Assembly: GCF_001194135.2 (NCBI RefSeq) | Contig: NC_068981.1 | Coordinates: 139,499,705 to 139,563,704, forward strand | From: Octopus bimaculoides | Lineage: Eukaryota | Length of the DNA: 64,000 nucleotides | Direction of reading: 5' to 3' | Shown: piece by piece, positions 37,861 through 50,139 of the stretch | Position numbering within the stretch: the stretch's first letter is position 1 | How the letters are laid out: the number at the start of each line of letters is the position of its first letter | Made by a program: the position numbers and the translations under genes | The notes under the pieces: generated by a model | Databases searched by the model: none | Told to the model about the DNA's origin: nothing | What the model saw: only the letters and a program-made list of their open reading frames with translations

Positions 37861-40700
37861 TATGATCAAATGAGATCCGCATGATTGTCGACAATTGTAT
37901 CTCCTTTAACGATATTCTACTGTAAAATGGACTGGTCCACTATCTTTAGGATGCTCTTGGGCCGTACAACTAACAAAAGATTTTGAGATTTAATTCTTGA
38001 TCTGATTTAACTTAGATTCAAGAAATATACGAATTATACAAGAGTGGGCCGCCGACCCAATGTTTTATGGAATGATTCCATAAAAAACTTAGCTCATTAT
38101 TTAATGAAATACTGTTCAACAACGAAGTATTTTTGTCTGAATCCCCAAATAAGCTTTTCTAGAATTATTTAATAAAGCAACATTTAAAAAACTAAAACGA
38201 TGTGATGTAATAGTACATTTGTTTCTAGAATTCTCGGTTATCACACGACGATACCGCCATCAGAAAAAAACCCTACCAGATATTCCTCATTGTTCCATAG
38301 AGCTTTCTGTTTTCAGAATCCTATTTCATGTGTGAGTTCCTTATTACCCACAAATGAAAAAAGAAAACACTTCAATTTTGAACTGTAGATGACTTTCTAC
38401 AAAGTAGAAACTTGGTCCTCATTAAAATAAATACTTATATATCTCTGAGGGATCAGCTGATGCACATACAATTATTGTAAATGGAATTTCTTTAAAAAAA
38501 AAAGACAAAACAACTTTCAGCTAATTGTCAATCTTACATTTGCGAAAACGCTACAATCGCTAGCCACTCCACATGCCACAGCACCTTAAACAGATACTAC
38601 AGCATTTCCTACTCATCAAAATTAGCTATTTGTGTAACCCAAGATGCATTCATCACGCCTACTTTTCTTTCCTCTTCTATGTCTGACACCTAAACCAATA
38701 CAAAACATTTTATCAATTTCTTCTTTTGCAGAATAACGTTTCTGTTGTATTGTTTCTCTGCATATGTTTTACCCAAAAGCAACTCACTGGAAAAGGTTTA
38801 AGTTGAACATTAATTGCATTGATCTCACCAGTTTGGGAAAACCTGATAAGGCTATTGGCAATGGCCATCCTTACTGGACAAAATAATAACAATAACAATA
38901 AATATCTGGAAAACGTTATATTTACCTGCAGGCATTATACAAACAATATGAAATTTATTTTCCGGTAATAATTATGATGCTGCAAAAAATTAGAACAATG
39001 AAAACCTTTTCAAATACATCGATATGGAAAGGGAAAGAAAAAGGAGACAAAGAGGAAGGAATAAGGAAGGAGAAAGAAAACATAGCGGGTAAAAGGAAAA
39101 TTTAGTTTGGTATTATGTTTTTGTTTTAGAGTTTTCATGATGAATAATTTCCATTTTTCAGCGACCAGCGTTTATTGAATTTTGGTTGGGGTTTGAGAAA
39201 CTAGAAAAAGGCGTCTGAACTTCCCTTGTTCATGAATTTCCGAATAATACTAATGGCGTTAATAATTAAAGCTATTGCAACAGCAAACGTAAACTACGCC
39301 AGAGATCCTGCATTCAAACAGAATAATATATCTACACAGCTGCAAGCATTCCTCTGTTTAACACTACGAAAACGTAGTGTTGTCTTTTAGGCATGATTTC
39401 TTAGAAAGACCCAATTGCATTATACCAAGTTACGAAGAACGATACAAAGCAACGATAGAGATTTCATACTGTTAGAAAAAGCAGTCAAGTCATCTCCCAA
39501 ATCTCTATCTACTGTCTTAGAAAAGAAGTCCGTAGCTGCTATGTGAGCAGTATAATATGGGTGTGATGCATGCTTAGTACATATTTTATCGAGTTAGATA
39601 AAAAATGTAACTCGATATTTTACATATCAAGTTACATATAGATGAAAAAGAAAGTTGAACGGGGCACAGTTTTAAATTCAAAACGCAAATTAATATTTAA
39701 CGCGATAAAGCGTTTTACGACCAATATGCCGTCATGTAACCGTATTACATTCAAATAACCTTTCGAATACAGAAGGAAAAATAGAGAACTAATTTTGAGT
39801 AAAAAGTGGAATGATAAACATTATAATGATAGGAAAACAGAAAGATTAGGTTAATATTTTTAGTTAAATGTTCATATATAGTTACTGTAAACGATGATTA
39901 CGAGTATAATTAGTAGAGATAGAAAAATACATTTTGCGAATACACAAAGATTTTGCTACTGGGGTAAAAGCATGTGTTTTATACTAAATCGAGGATGCTG
40001 ATTCCGAATCCATACTCAGAATTGTTCTAGCACGTTAGGATTTTGAGTTATGTACATACGCAATATTATAACTATACTTTCGGTTAGATGTAGGCTGTAT
40101 TATAAAATTTGCTAAAATGAAAGTGGTCATAATTCAAAATTAGATGAATAACAGCAATAAAACAAACGATGAGAAAATTCATTATTTAGTTTAGCAATAG
40201 ATGACGCTGACGTATTGTGTGTAAGCACCAAATACGTCAGTTTGTTCTTGGTAACTCACTGTTCGTTGCGCTGCCGTCACGTGTGGTATTTGTATCCCTC
40301 GCTCTCCCTGATTACCGTTTTAACTGTGTTCATTGTGTTTGATCATGAATAGGAGAGGCTGTGTGAATCACCCAGACAACGTTTGTTATTTCTGGGGAAA
40401 ATTTACTCCGCATTATCAGTGGAAGAACATTGCCACCAAATTAAAAACTGCCTCTAAATATTATTTCGGGTGTAAAGTTAGGGACCAAGACAAGAGGTGG
40501 GCACCTCATATATGCTGCAACTTGTGTTACTCAGGGCTTGCACAGTGACTGAATGGAAACCGGAAGGGAATACCTTTTGCTGTAACAGTAGTATGGCGTG
40601 ATCTAACCAATCATGTCTCTGTTACTTTTCCATGACTAATATTAATGGTATTTACATTATTTACATTTAACGGATATTTGTCCTCATCTTGTTCGTTGTT

Positions 40701-40746
40701 AGCACATCGTTTCGGCTGATATACCCTCCAGCCTTCATCAGGTGTC
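40701..40746 (-). ncRNA. Minimal type I hammerhead-ribozyme-like motif (intact CUGAUGA core, U16.1 mutated)
   Basis: Minus strand gacac-CTGATGA-a-ggctg(gagggtatat)cagcc-GAAA-cga-t-gtgct. Confidence 0.65.
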
Positions 40747-40807
40747 TTGGGGAAATTTCGAACCTGGGTTCTCATTCCTAAGGTATTTTTCGATGTTGTT
40801 GTTGTTG

Positions 40808-40846
<39 letters not shown>

Positions 40847-40932
40847 TCACTGCTTGGAATCGAACTCGGAATCTTGGGGTTAGTAGCCCGCGCTCTTAAC
40901 CCCAAGATTCCGAGTTCAATTCTAAGCAGTGA

Positions 40933-40962
<30 letters not shown>

Positions 40963-40964
<2 letters not shown>

Positions 40965-41520
40965 TATTGCTCGGATGCAGTACCAGGCAGTGGCTTTCAT
41001 GGTTTCTGATCTTAATTGATTGGAAGTGTTATCATGTACATTGTTTTGCCTTGGTATAAAAGATGGGCTACAGCAAATATTCTGCTTAATACCACAGATT
41101 TGCTTGTCAGTTGTTTGACCTTAACCAGTTGAGCATGTCCCTCGGTGGCTAACGATATGTGCATCTCTGATCATGGGCAGAAGTAGTGGGGGAGCATCAT
41201 AGCCATGTGTTGAGAGGAGTTCTTTGGGGTTTGAACAATTCACCTTTGGAAATATGGGTGTTTTGCTCAACATCCTTAAACAAACTTTATTCAGGGACCT
41301 TTTGAGCCGGATGAGCTACTCGACCTGAAGAAAATTCTAACTGGGCCCCACCTGCGAGGTCATGCGCTGTTTATCTTGATATGAGATCACCATGTCACGC
41401 ACATATGGTTGTGATGCATGTGCCTGGTGTACCCTTATCAGACAGGTAGTCATGATGGGTATAATGGGCTTCGTAAAATTTACCCCCGTGTCACTTTGAG
41501 GGCATACGCTACTCTCTCAC
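40963..41520 (+). mobile_element. ~550-bp retroelement 3'-UTR-like repeat inserted in the (AAT)n tract of the fold-back
   Basis: Non-microsatellite block bounded by (AAT)n on both sides; it splits the plus copy relative to the contiguous minus copy. Confidence 0.65.
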
Positions 41521-41528
41521 TTAATAAC

Positions 41529-41562
<34 letters not shown>

Positions 41563-41608
41563 TCGAAAAACACCTTAGGAATGAGATCCAGGTTCGAAAT
41601 TTCCCCAA

Positions 41609-41654
41609 GACACCTGATAAAGGTTGGATGGTATATCAGCCGAAACGTTGTGTT
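41609..41654 (+). ncRNA. Minimal type I hammerhead-ribozyme-like motif (G8>A core mutation)
   Basis: gacac-CTGATAA-a-ggttg(gatggtatat)cagcc-GAAA-cgt-t-gtgtt, with a palindromic ACGT stem III. Confidence 0.65.
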
Positions 41655-42124
41655 CACAACAAAGAAGATGAGGACAAATATCCGTCAAATGTGAATAACG
41701 TACATAATTCGTCATGTTTTAAATATAGAACTGTAATATTAATAGTTTCTTAAAGAAAACCAAAGCAAAAACTGTATATGCAGATTGTAAGTCGGCTCTA
41801 AAATCGTTCCCACATGACTTCAAGAACCCTGTCCCAGTTTCCCTCTCACATAATTGACTTGAAAACCAGGACACCTCGTACGATGAACCCCACGATTCTC
41901 CTATCGACGAAGATTACGTAGTTGATTCTAAGAAAAATGAGCCACGCTTGTTTAATGAAGAAGATTTGAACGATTTAGTAAGAGACCTAGCACTGTCAAA
42001 GAAGGAGGTAGAAGTTTTGGGATCCAGACTACAGCAACGGGATCTCCTACAGCAAGGGAAGAAAATTTCCATTTTCCGTTCTCGTCATGGCGGCTTATCT
42101 ATCTTTCTTAAGCAAGAAAATAAT

Positions 42125-42334
42125 TCTTTCTACTATAGGCACACGGAGAGAAATTTTGGGGAAGGGCTAGTCGATTACATCAATCCTAGTACTCAACTGG
42201 TACTTATATTACCGACCCCGGAAGGATGAAAGACAAAGTCGACCTTGGCGGAATTTGAACTCAGAACGTAGCGACGGGCGAAATACCACTAAGCATTTCG
42301 TCCAAAGTGCTAACGATTCTGTCAGCTCTCCACC
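42125..42334 (-). mobile_element. SINE family B inserted in the Chapaev-like transposase, 20-bp TSD
   Basis: TSD ttct(t/c)aagcaagaaaataat is at 42105-42124 and 42335-42354. Confidence 0.92.
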
Positions 42335-43507
42335 TTCTCAAGCAAGAAAATAATGCTTGTTTCTGTACAGACGTTAATGCACTCTGGCAAAAACTAGGAC
42401 ACTTGCATGTGATTAACGAATGGAAATTGTTTATAGACTTGAGTAAGGTTAGCAACAATGCTGTGTTGTCACATAATGGTAATGAAAAATCTTCCATTCT
42501 TGTGGGTCCTGTTGTTGGTATGAAAGAATCTTATGAATCGATGGAACCCATTCTGAAAGGAGTTAATTACTCAGTTCATAAGTGGAATATCTGTGCAGAT
42601 TTAAAGGTGATTTCCTTCCTCCTAGGACTGCAACTGGGATATAACAAAAATATGTGCTTCTTCTGTGTTTAGAACAGTCGCGACGACAGCAATCATTACA
42701 CTGTAAACGACTGGCCTAAAAGAGATGAGCGCATAGTTGGTCGGTACAATGTGCAGCATATGTCACTGGTAAGTCCGCAAAAGATCTTCCTTCCACCCCT
42801 TTATTCAAACCTGGCCTCATGAAAAACTTCGTAAAAGCAATGACGCACGACGGTTGTGGCTTCCGGTACCTAAAAGTAAAATTTGGAGCAGAGAAAAGTA
42901 ACACAAAACTGAAAGCAGGAATTTTCACTGGACCCGAGATCAGAGAATTGATGTCTGATAGCAAATTCAGAGGTAAACTGAATCCAGTTGAGCTGACTGT
43001 ATGGGATTCATTCGTGTTAGCTGTACAGAACTTTCGTGAAAATCACAGAACTGAAAACTATGCTGATTTAATAGCGTATGAAGAATGGGGTGCCGAATGT
43101 CCCTTAAAATGCACTTCTTGCATTCTCATCTCGATTTTTTCTAACGAATCTTGGTGCCGTTAGTGATAAGCATGGTGGAACGAGGACATATCTGAGATGG
43201 AAGCGAGGTATGAAGGCCGGTTCAATCCAGACATGGTGGGTGATTAGTGCTGGTTCCTACAACGGGAAACCAACACGACGCATAAACGCAAGAGGAAGTG
43301 TCGCAAACATTTCTGCGCTGAGCATATCAAAAATAAAGTGGGTTTTCCCTCAACATAAATAAACTACATACCATTATATTATATTATATTAGTATTTGCC
43401 TTGAACATGAATATACTATATACAGTATTAATATACTATATGCAGTATAATAATTATTTACCTTGAACTTAACTGTCCCTGATACTAATATAGTATTAAT
43501 ATATAAT

Positions 43508-43581
43508 TATGCGCATAGTATTAATATATGATTATGCGCATATAATTAATATATGATTATGCGCATATAATTATGCGCATA
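43508..43581. repeat. Four copies of the 10-bp palindrome TATGCGCATA
   Basis: Copies start at 43508, 43533, 43558 and 43572. Confidence 0.9.
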
Positions 43582-45177
43582 ACTAATTTCAGATTCGGAA
43601 TCAGCATACTCAATTTAGTTTACTACAGCACCATTTGTCTGGGTAGCAGACAGGTTTTTATTTTGTTGGTCGGTGTAAGTTGTCAATAACATATATTAAC
43701 GAGAAGACAATACTTTTATGTTTTTAGATTATAAACGTCCACAATCTTTACTATAACAGAGAATTTTGCATAAATAATTAATACAAGTCACTAATACATG
43801 ACAACAATAATGGTTGGTTTGACAGGAGGTCCGCCTGGACGTATGAGATCGACCTGAGTGAGAGTTCTTTTGAATTACTGCATGGTGATGATGGTTCCTG
43901 ATTATACTTAGGTAAGGAAGTGCTTACAGAAGCGAAATATTTTGGTGACGAAATGAGCAGTGTCGAGTGATTTGAGTAAACTGAGGAAGATGGGAATTGG
44001 TTCAGCGGAGTAGATTCTCCTATAGTGAAGACGGAAATAAAGGGAAGAGAACACGTTGTATATGTATAAGAAATGGATTTCCTAAAATTACAGTTTTCAT
44101 GTTGAAATATATTTGCAAGAGTGAGGCCTAAGGTATTTTGCAGTACACACAGGCACATTTAAGTATTTATACATATGTGTGTGCATGTATAAATGTATGT
44201 AAATATAGGGGTACATACATATGTACATATATATATATATATATATATANNNNNNNNNNNNNNNNNNNNNNNNNNNNNNNNNNNNNNNNNNNNNNNNNNN
44301 NNNNNNNNNNNNNNNNNNNNNNNNNNNNNNNNNNNNNNNNNNNNNNNNNNNNNNNNNNNNNNNNNNNNNNNNNNNNNNNNNNNNNNNNNNNNNNNNNNNN
44401 NNNNNNNNNNNNNNNNNNNNNNNNNNNNNNNNNNNNNNNNNNNNNNNNNNNNNNNNNNNNNNNNNNNNNNNNNNNNNNNNNNNNNNNNNNNNNNNNNNNN
44501 NNNNNNNNNNNNNNNNNNNNNNNNNNNNNNNNNNNNNNNNNNNNNNNNNNNNNNNNNNNNNNNNNNNNNNNNNNNNNNNNNNNNNNNNNNNNNNNNNNNN
44601 NNNNNNNNNNNNNNNNNNNNNNNNNNNNNNNNNNNNNNNNNNNNNNNNNNATATATATATATATATACACATATATATGTATGCATATGTAAGGAGACAG
44701 AGAAAGAAAGAGATCTATCGAATCTATCGGTATCACATTTCGTATCGTCAAAGCCGAGTCTGTTTGTCGAAATCATTTCCTCGGTTGATTACCGCCTTGC
44801 TACTGCTTTACCATTACTAGAAATTTAAGAACCGAAAACTATCGAACTTTACATCGCAGACTTGGTTGCACCAAATTTATCGCCATTCTAAATCTCCTAC
44901 GCGCGCGTACACACACACACATACTTGCATATTATTAATATACACACACACATATATGCGCATACATACAGCAATACATACTTGAGCACATGTTATTATA
45001 CGAGAGATATCTATTATAAGAAATATTCATGTAATTTTCTGCATATTCAATGTTGGCTTCTAACAAAAGATTTAAAATGAACCCAAATTCCTGTTTCTAC
45101 TGTCTTTATGCCTATTTCTATGCCATTAATAAAATCTAGAAACATCTAGTCACAACCGCTTCACACATACGCATGCT

Positions 45178-45259
<82 letters not shown>

Positions 45260-47329
45260 ACGCACATTTTTTATAGAATATTTTTTTCCTTTGTAGAGAA
45301 GAAAGAAAAAAATATTCTTTAGCTAGATTGATTTTTTTTAAGGCTTTCCTGTGTTTCAGTTACAGTATAATCAATTAATTTTCAGCGACAGTTTTCCGTT
45401 CTTAGTTTTGAATAGTCTTATTTTATTCGTCTTGGTACACATAATGTCATTAAACTGCCGTTCGTTCGCTCCTGGACCAAACGTGACAGCGTAACGTTCT
45501 AAAGAAAAGAATGTGATAAGAACATTAAATACAATCATACATAGAATCACGCATCCCCATTCTCTCATTGCCCTTCTATCTCACGAAATTATACACACAA
45601 TCTTAGGATTTGATGACATGGGTTTAATTTTATTTACTGTAGTCTGTCCACGTGGTTTCCTAGTTTAATCTCTACTGCTTGTAGATTTGCTACTCAGAAA
45701 CATTTTTACATGTTGTTATTGATGTACGTATTTTTTCCCCTTTTTCTATTAACCGACTATGATGTTATATTTTTAATTAATTAACATCTAATAAAGAATC
45801 ACAGTGAATTGATTTCACTGTGATTTGGGTGGTGGCTCTTTTAGTTTTACTTTTTAGTCACGTACTGAGGTATTTACAAGCTTTATTAATCTGCTTAGTA
45901 TTGTCATAAAATAATTAAAAAATACTCTGTGCAAAACGTGAGATATATATTAATGTTAAAAGAAAATTTACATAGCGTCTTACATCGATATTAGCTGAGA
46001 AGATTAATATGAGATTTCATTTAATGCTTTCTTTCTGTTTATATAATTTTTGTGTTAAGATGAAACAATAGTAAAGTTTTGTTCCCAAAACAAGCAAACA
46101 TTAAATATGGAAATATACTTATTTATTCAATGTACATCCGTCAGTTTGCTACATGATTTTAAAGCGAGTCATTTTGCTTATGGTGAATCTACTTTAATTT
46201 GAAACATCGTATCTATGTTCAGAGAAATGTTATGTAGGTTAATTTCCACAGTTCTCTCAGATATTTTGATTTATATGACCAGGCAACAAACATAGATTTA
46301 GGATTAATAGGATAAAATGAATAAATGAACCTTGGTCAGGATTTCTGCAAGTAAGTTTCAGTTGTTCGATCATAGTATAAGCGTGTACGTGTATCGTTAG
46401 CATAATTCGCAGGCGGAATCAACATAACATAATTTGATAAGGCTGGACTTTTGAATTACAGTGCTTCACACAATTTCCGTTTTTCCAGTTTCACTCATAA
46501 GACTTAGGTCGGGTGGAGGTGCTTGCTCAACATTTCATGCAGTTGTAGCGAACTCTTGATGGTGTAAATGAGAAGCATAAACAATGCCCACCCCACTCAG
46601 TGCCATCCTTTTTGTCAGGTAAATCATGAAAATCTAATGACTGATATTCGGTTACAGCATATTAAAACGCTCATTAATAACGATATATTAAATATCTGCT
46701 ATATAAACTATATATTTACATTTAATGACACCTAAATAAAAAAATTATATCGGGGAAAATGTGTTTTATAAGGAAATTTATGTATATTATTTTAATGTCA
46801 AACCGATCATTAATATGTCAGACTTGCTTATAAGTTTATAATTCTTTTCTGAATTATGAAACACAAGCTCTTACTATCTTGACAAAAGTAGAAGTTAAAA
46901 TAAATCTTGAATTCTAAAACATGCTTTAGATTATAATACACTGTGTAAAATATTTGATTAAAACGCATTTAAAATACGATATATTGTGGTTAGGTAGTTT
47001 GTCTTATATAATTATATGAATAAGATAAATCAAGAATTCTAGTTGTCTCAACCAGTAGTATGTAGTTGCAAGTGCCAATCTCATATCATACAAGAAGCAA
47101 GGGCGATAAAATGGAACTGGATATATAGTAACTATGACCCCCACCGAACTACTGAATCATGAGAGGTACAATCGTAATATATGGCACGTGTTGGACACCT
47201 TTAAAACCTCGTGAAACCCATCACCCTCAGTAACCAGACACGGCCAACTTATTTCAGAGGGCAAGAGTGGGAGAAAATTTGAAAAGAAGAATCAATTTCA
47301 ACGCTGGACTGGTACATTATTTATCGTCG

Positions 47330-47600
47330 TCGAAGCTGCTCTCGACTGAGTTTAAATATAAAATACGTACGAGCGTACGAACGGCGGCGGTGAGTGTAGA
47401 CAGACCGGGCGTCTGTCCGTTCCGTCCGTCCGTTCGATCGATCGATCATTTCCTGCTGCTGCAGCTGTCGTGCTCCGTAGCGTTGTGTCGGCCGCGCGAA
47501 TCGGGGCGGGCGGTGCGCGGCCGTCGCAGCGCTTCGCAACGATGACGGTCTGCAGCAGCGGCGGATGGCTGCTGAAATGAATATCGCAAAGCATTCTACC
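47330..47600. promoter_or_regulatory. CpG/GC-rich island, promoter- or 5'UTR-like
   Basis: Dense CpG in a very AT-rich background and not seen elsewhere in the window. TATAAAA at about 47356-47362; GC-box ggggcgggcgg at 47503-47513. Direction is unresolved. Confidence 0.55.
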
Positions 47601-48359
47601 TGACCTCATAACGACTTTGAAAATCGCCTACAATAATAATATAGAGAGCCTGATGCAATTCTTTTATACTAATACTCAACAATTTCACATAATTCTCCTC
47701 TAAGAATACGTCCGACAAAAATCATGGTACTAAATATAAATGTTTTGCTTCATCCTCCTTACTCTCCCGAAGTTGCTCCCTCTGACGATCACCTTTTCAG
47801 ATTTTTGCAATATTATGTAAAGGTAAAACAGTTTATTGATAGTGAAGAGATTAAAAATGGTATATAGTGTTTCTTTGCTTCAAAACCTGCAGAATTTCAC
47901 GCCCGAGGGATCAATAGTTTGCTGAACATATGGGATTATCTTAGGTATAGTGAGAGGAAATATCTTGATTAATTAAGACCAAAGAAACATTTACTTCTCT
48001 TCTATCTCTATCTTGAAATGCGACGAGATTTTCTTTCCAACTTGAAAGAAAACTTTATAACAGTAAGCGTGAAAACTTAGTGTATTAAAAACGCTCATTG
48101 AGATTAATTACTCCGAGTCGCCAATCACACGACCTTCATCCCAAAAGACAAAACGAAGTAAGTTGTGTTGAATTTGATGTAGTGTATACTAAATGCATAA
48201 TGAAAATACACATTCAGCGATGAAATTAAACATTGTGTTTCCTTGAAGAGGTCTAATATAATCGAAAAGAGTCGGTAGTTTTCTCCTCTAATTGTAGAAA
48301 TGATCAATATATTATTAATCAATGAGGTAATGTTTTCTCTCACTACATACGTTCGACTC

Positions 48360-48408
<49 letters not shown>

Positions 48409-48718
48409 TGTTCACTATTTTAAATATGTTAACACTAACTCAACAAATATTTTGTGAATTTATCTACTCACTAGTCTAATCAGTCATCACGAGCAAGTAA
48501 TATATAATACGAAGGTGAGACGGATCATTGTTCGCATGATAGTTTCCCGTAACATCTCATCGTTTCCTGTTATAACATCTAGTATATTTTCAAATTTTAG
48601 GCCACCAGTTTTGCTCCCCTAGCCACAACATTTACCTCTTCTCAGTCGATGACTCAACGAACTTAAAATCAGGAAAATCGTCAAATGTTTAATCCAAAAA
48701 ATTCTTCTGTGTAAAGAA

Positions 48719-49965
48719 CAGTGGGGGCAGAGAGAACGAACGTTTTTGAAACGGCTATTACTAAAACACAGTGAAAGGGACGTATGTCTGACAGGTACCG
48801 TTCCATCCGTGGTGTCTTAGCATTTTTGTTCTTTTTAGATGAAACCATGGTGCTGTGAGGGGATAGAGCAATGCCTGTTTGCCTACGACAGTTACGTGAA
48901 GAATAACAAATCTCTCACAACGGTTCAGCGTGAGTTTCGGTGCCACTTCAACATTCATCGAAATCAGGCTCTTCCCACCCGTACCACAATATTAGTTTGG
49001 GTGAATGCACTTCGTACTCGAGGTACACCAATGGATAGGAGACTGTTGGGGGCGCCACAAACTGTACGGACCCCGGAAAATGTGGAACGCGTCAGACGAG
49101 CTTTGACACAGAGTCGAAGGCATCCCACTGAACTTGGCATCACTAATAGATCGGTAAGGTGTATTTTGCACGAAGACCTGCATTTTCACCCGTATAAATT
49201 GATCATTGGGATTCAGTTGAAACCATGGGACTATGCACAGCGGCTTAACTTCGCACGTTAGTTAGAAGCAATTCTTTTCAGGCAAATGACAACATTTATT
49301 AATGAGTCATGAAGCTCATTTTCATCTCAGTGGCATGGTTAATCAACAAAACTGTCTTTATTAAGCTCTTGAAAATCAGAAAGACCACTGTAGAGCTCAA
49401 AAGTGACGGTCTGGTGTGCTGTCGGAAAAACCGCTGCCATTGGTCCTTACGTTTTTGAAAACAATAATGGAAATGCTGTTACTGTGAACTCTGAGCGTTA
49501 CATTGAGATGATAAACAACTTATTTGTGCCTGAATTACGACTAAAACGTGTGCCTATTCGACGTGTGTGGTTTCAGCAGGATGGGGCGACGGCCCACACA
49601 ACCAAAGCATCAATGGACGTTGTTCGCCCTCGCTTCGGTGACCAAATCTCCTGATTTGGCCATATGTGATTCTCTCTTGTGTGGAAACCTCAAGGCACGT
49701 CTGTATGCGTATAAGTTCCGTACATTGGACGATTTGAAGGAAGCTATTCGCGTGGAAGTCGTCCAAATCGACAGAGCAATGCTGGAGAGAGTGGAGGCCA
49801 GCTTCCAAGAACACCTTAAGAAATGCATCAATGAAGATGGACGCCATTGATTTTGACAAATGCTAATTCAATACAAATACATTGATGTCAATAAAATCTG
49901 TTTGCAGCTAAAATTAATGATTTTGTGAATTTTTCAAAAACGTCCATCCTCTCTGCTCCACCCAG
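48719..49965 (+). mobile_element. Near full-length Tc1/mariner transposon (rosa/DD41D- or maT-like), decayed
   Basis: TIRs cagtgggggcagagagaacgaacgtttttgaaa / tttcaaaaacgtccatcctctctgctccacccag|ta. Transposase motifs SLTTVQREFR..PTRTTI, HEAHFHLSGMVN, VTVWCAV..IGPYVFE..TVNSERYIEM, WFQQDGATAHT and SPDLAICD. Confidence 0.92.
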
Positions 49966-50139
49966 TATGACTATATGCCTCAGTTCCCTTTCTTTTCCTC
50001 ACTTTGCGTTCCACCCTCACATGCAATCATATCTTCCTTTCTGCTCCTTACATGTTTCAGATCTCGGCGTTGTGTAAACGCCACATGTGTGCTTATAGGC
50101 ATGCATGAGTGCATCTGCTCCTGCGTACATATGTTTGCG

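Larger units (their letters stand above)
40650..41733. mobile_element. Head-to-head fold-back of a tRNA-like/(AAT)n/hammerhead element, with 13-bp imperfect TSD
   Basis: Minus copy 40650-40900; plus copy 40897-41733. TSD taatattaat(g/a)gt is at 40637-40649 and 41734-41746. HHR motifs lie at 40701-40746 (-) and 41609-41654 (+). Confidence 0.8.
39950..43676 (+). mobile_element. Chapaev/CMC-like DNA transposon relic with two nested insertions
   Basis: Transposase blocks CVNHPDNVCYF..WAPHICCNLC, LFNEEDLNDLVRDLALSK..LGSRL, WKLFIDLSK..HNGN, WNICADLKV..LLGLQLGY..CFFC, GLMKNFVKAM and NLGAVSDKHG. Inverted motif ctaaatcgaggatgctgattccgaatc (about 39985-40010) / gattcggaatcagcatactcaatttag (about 43592-43618). 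Right end ...ttttgttggtcggtg. The family name comes from recalled motifs. Confidence 0.75.

Noticed and set aside
47267-47609. Arg/Ala-rich ORFs on both strands
   Set aside because: A by-product of high GC content suppressing stop codons.
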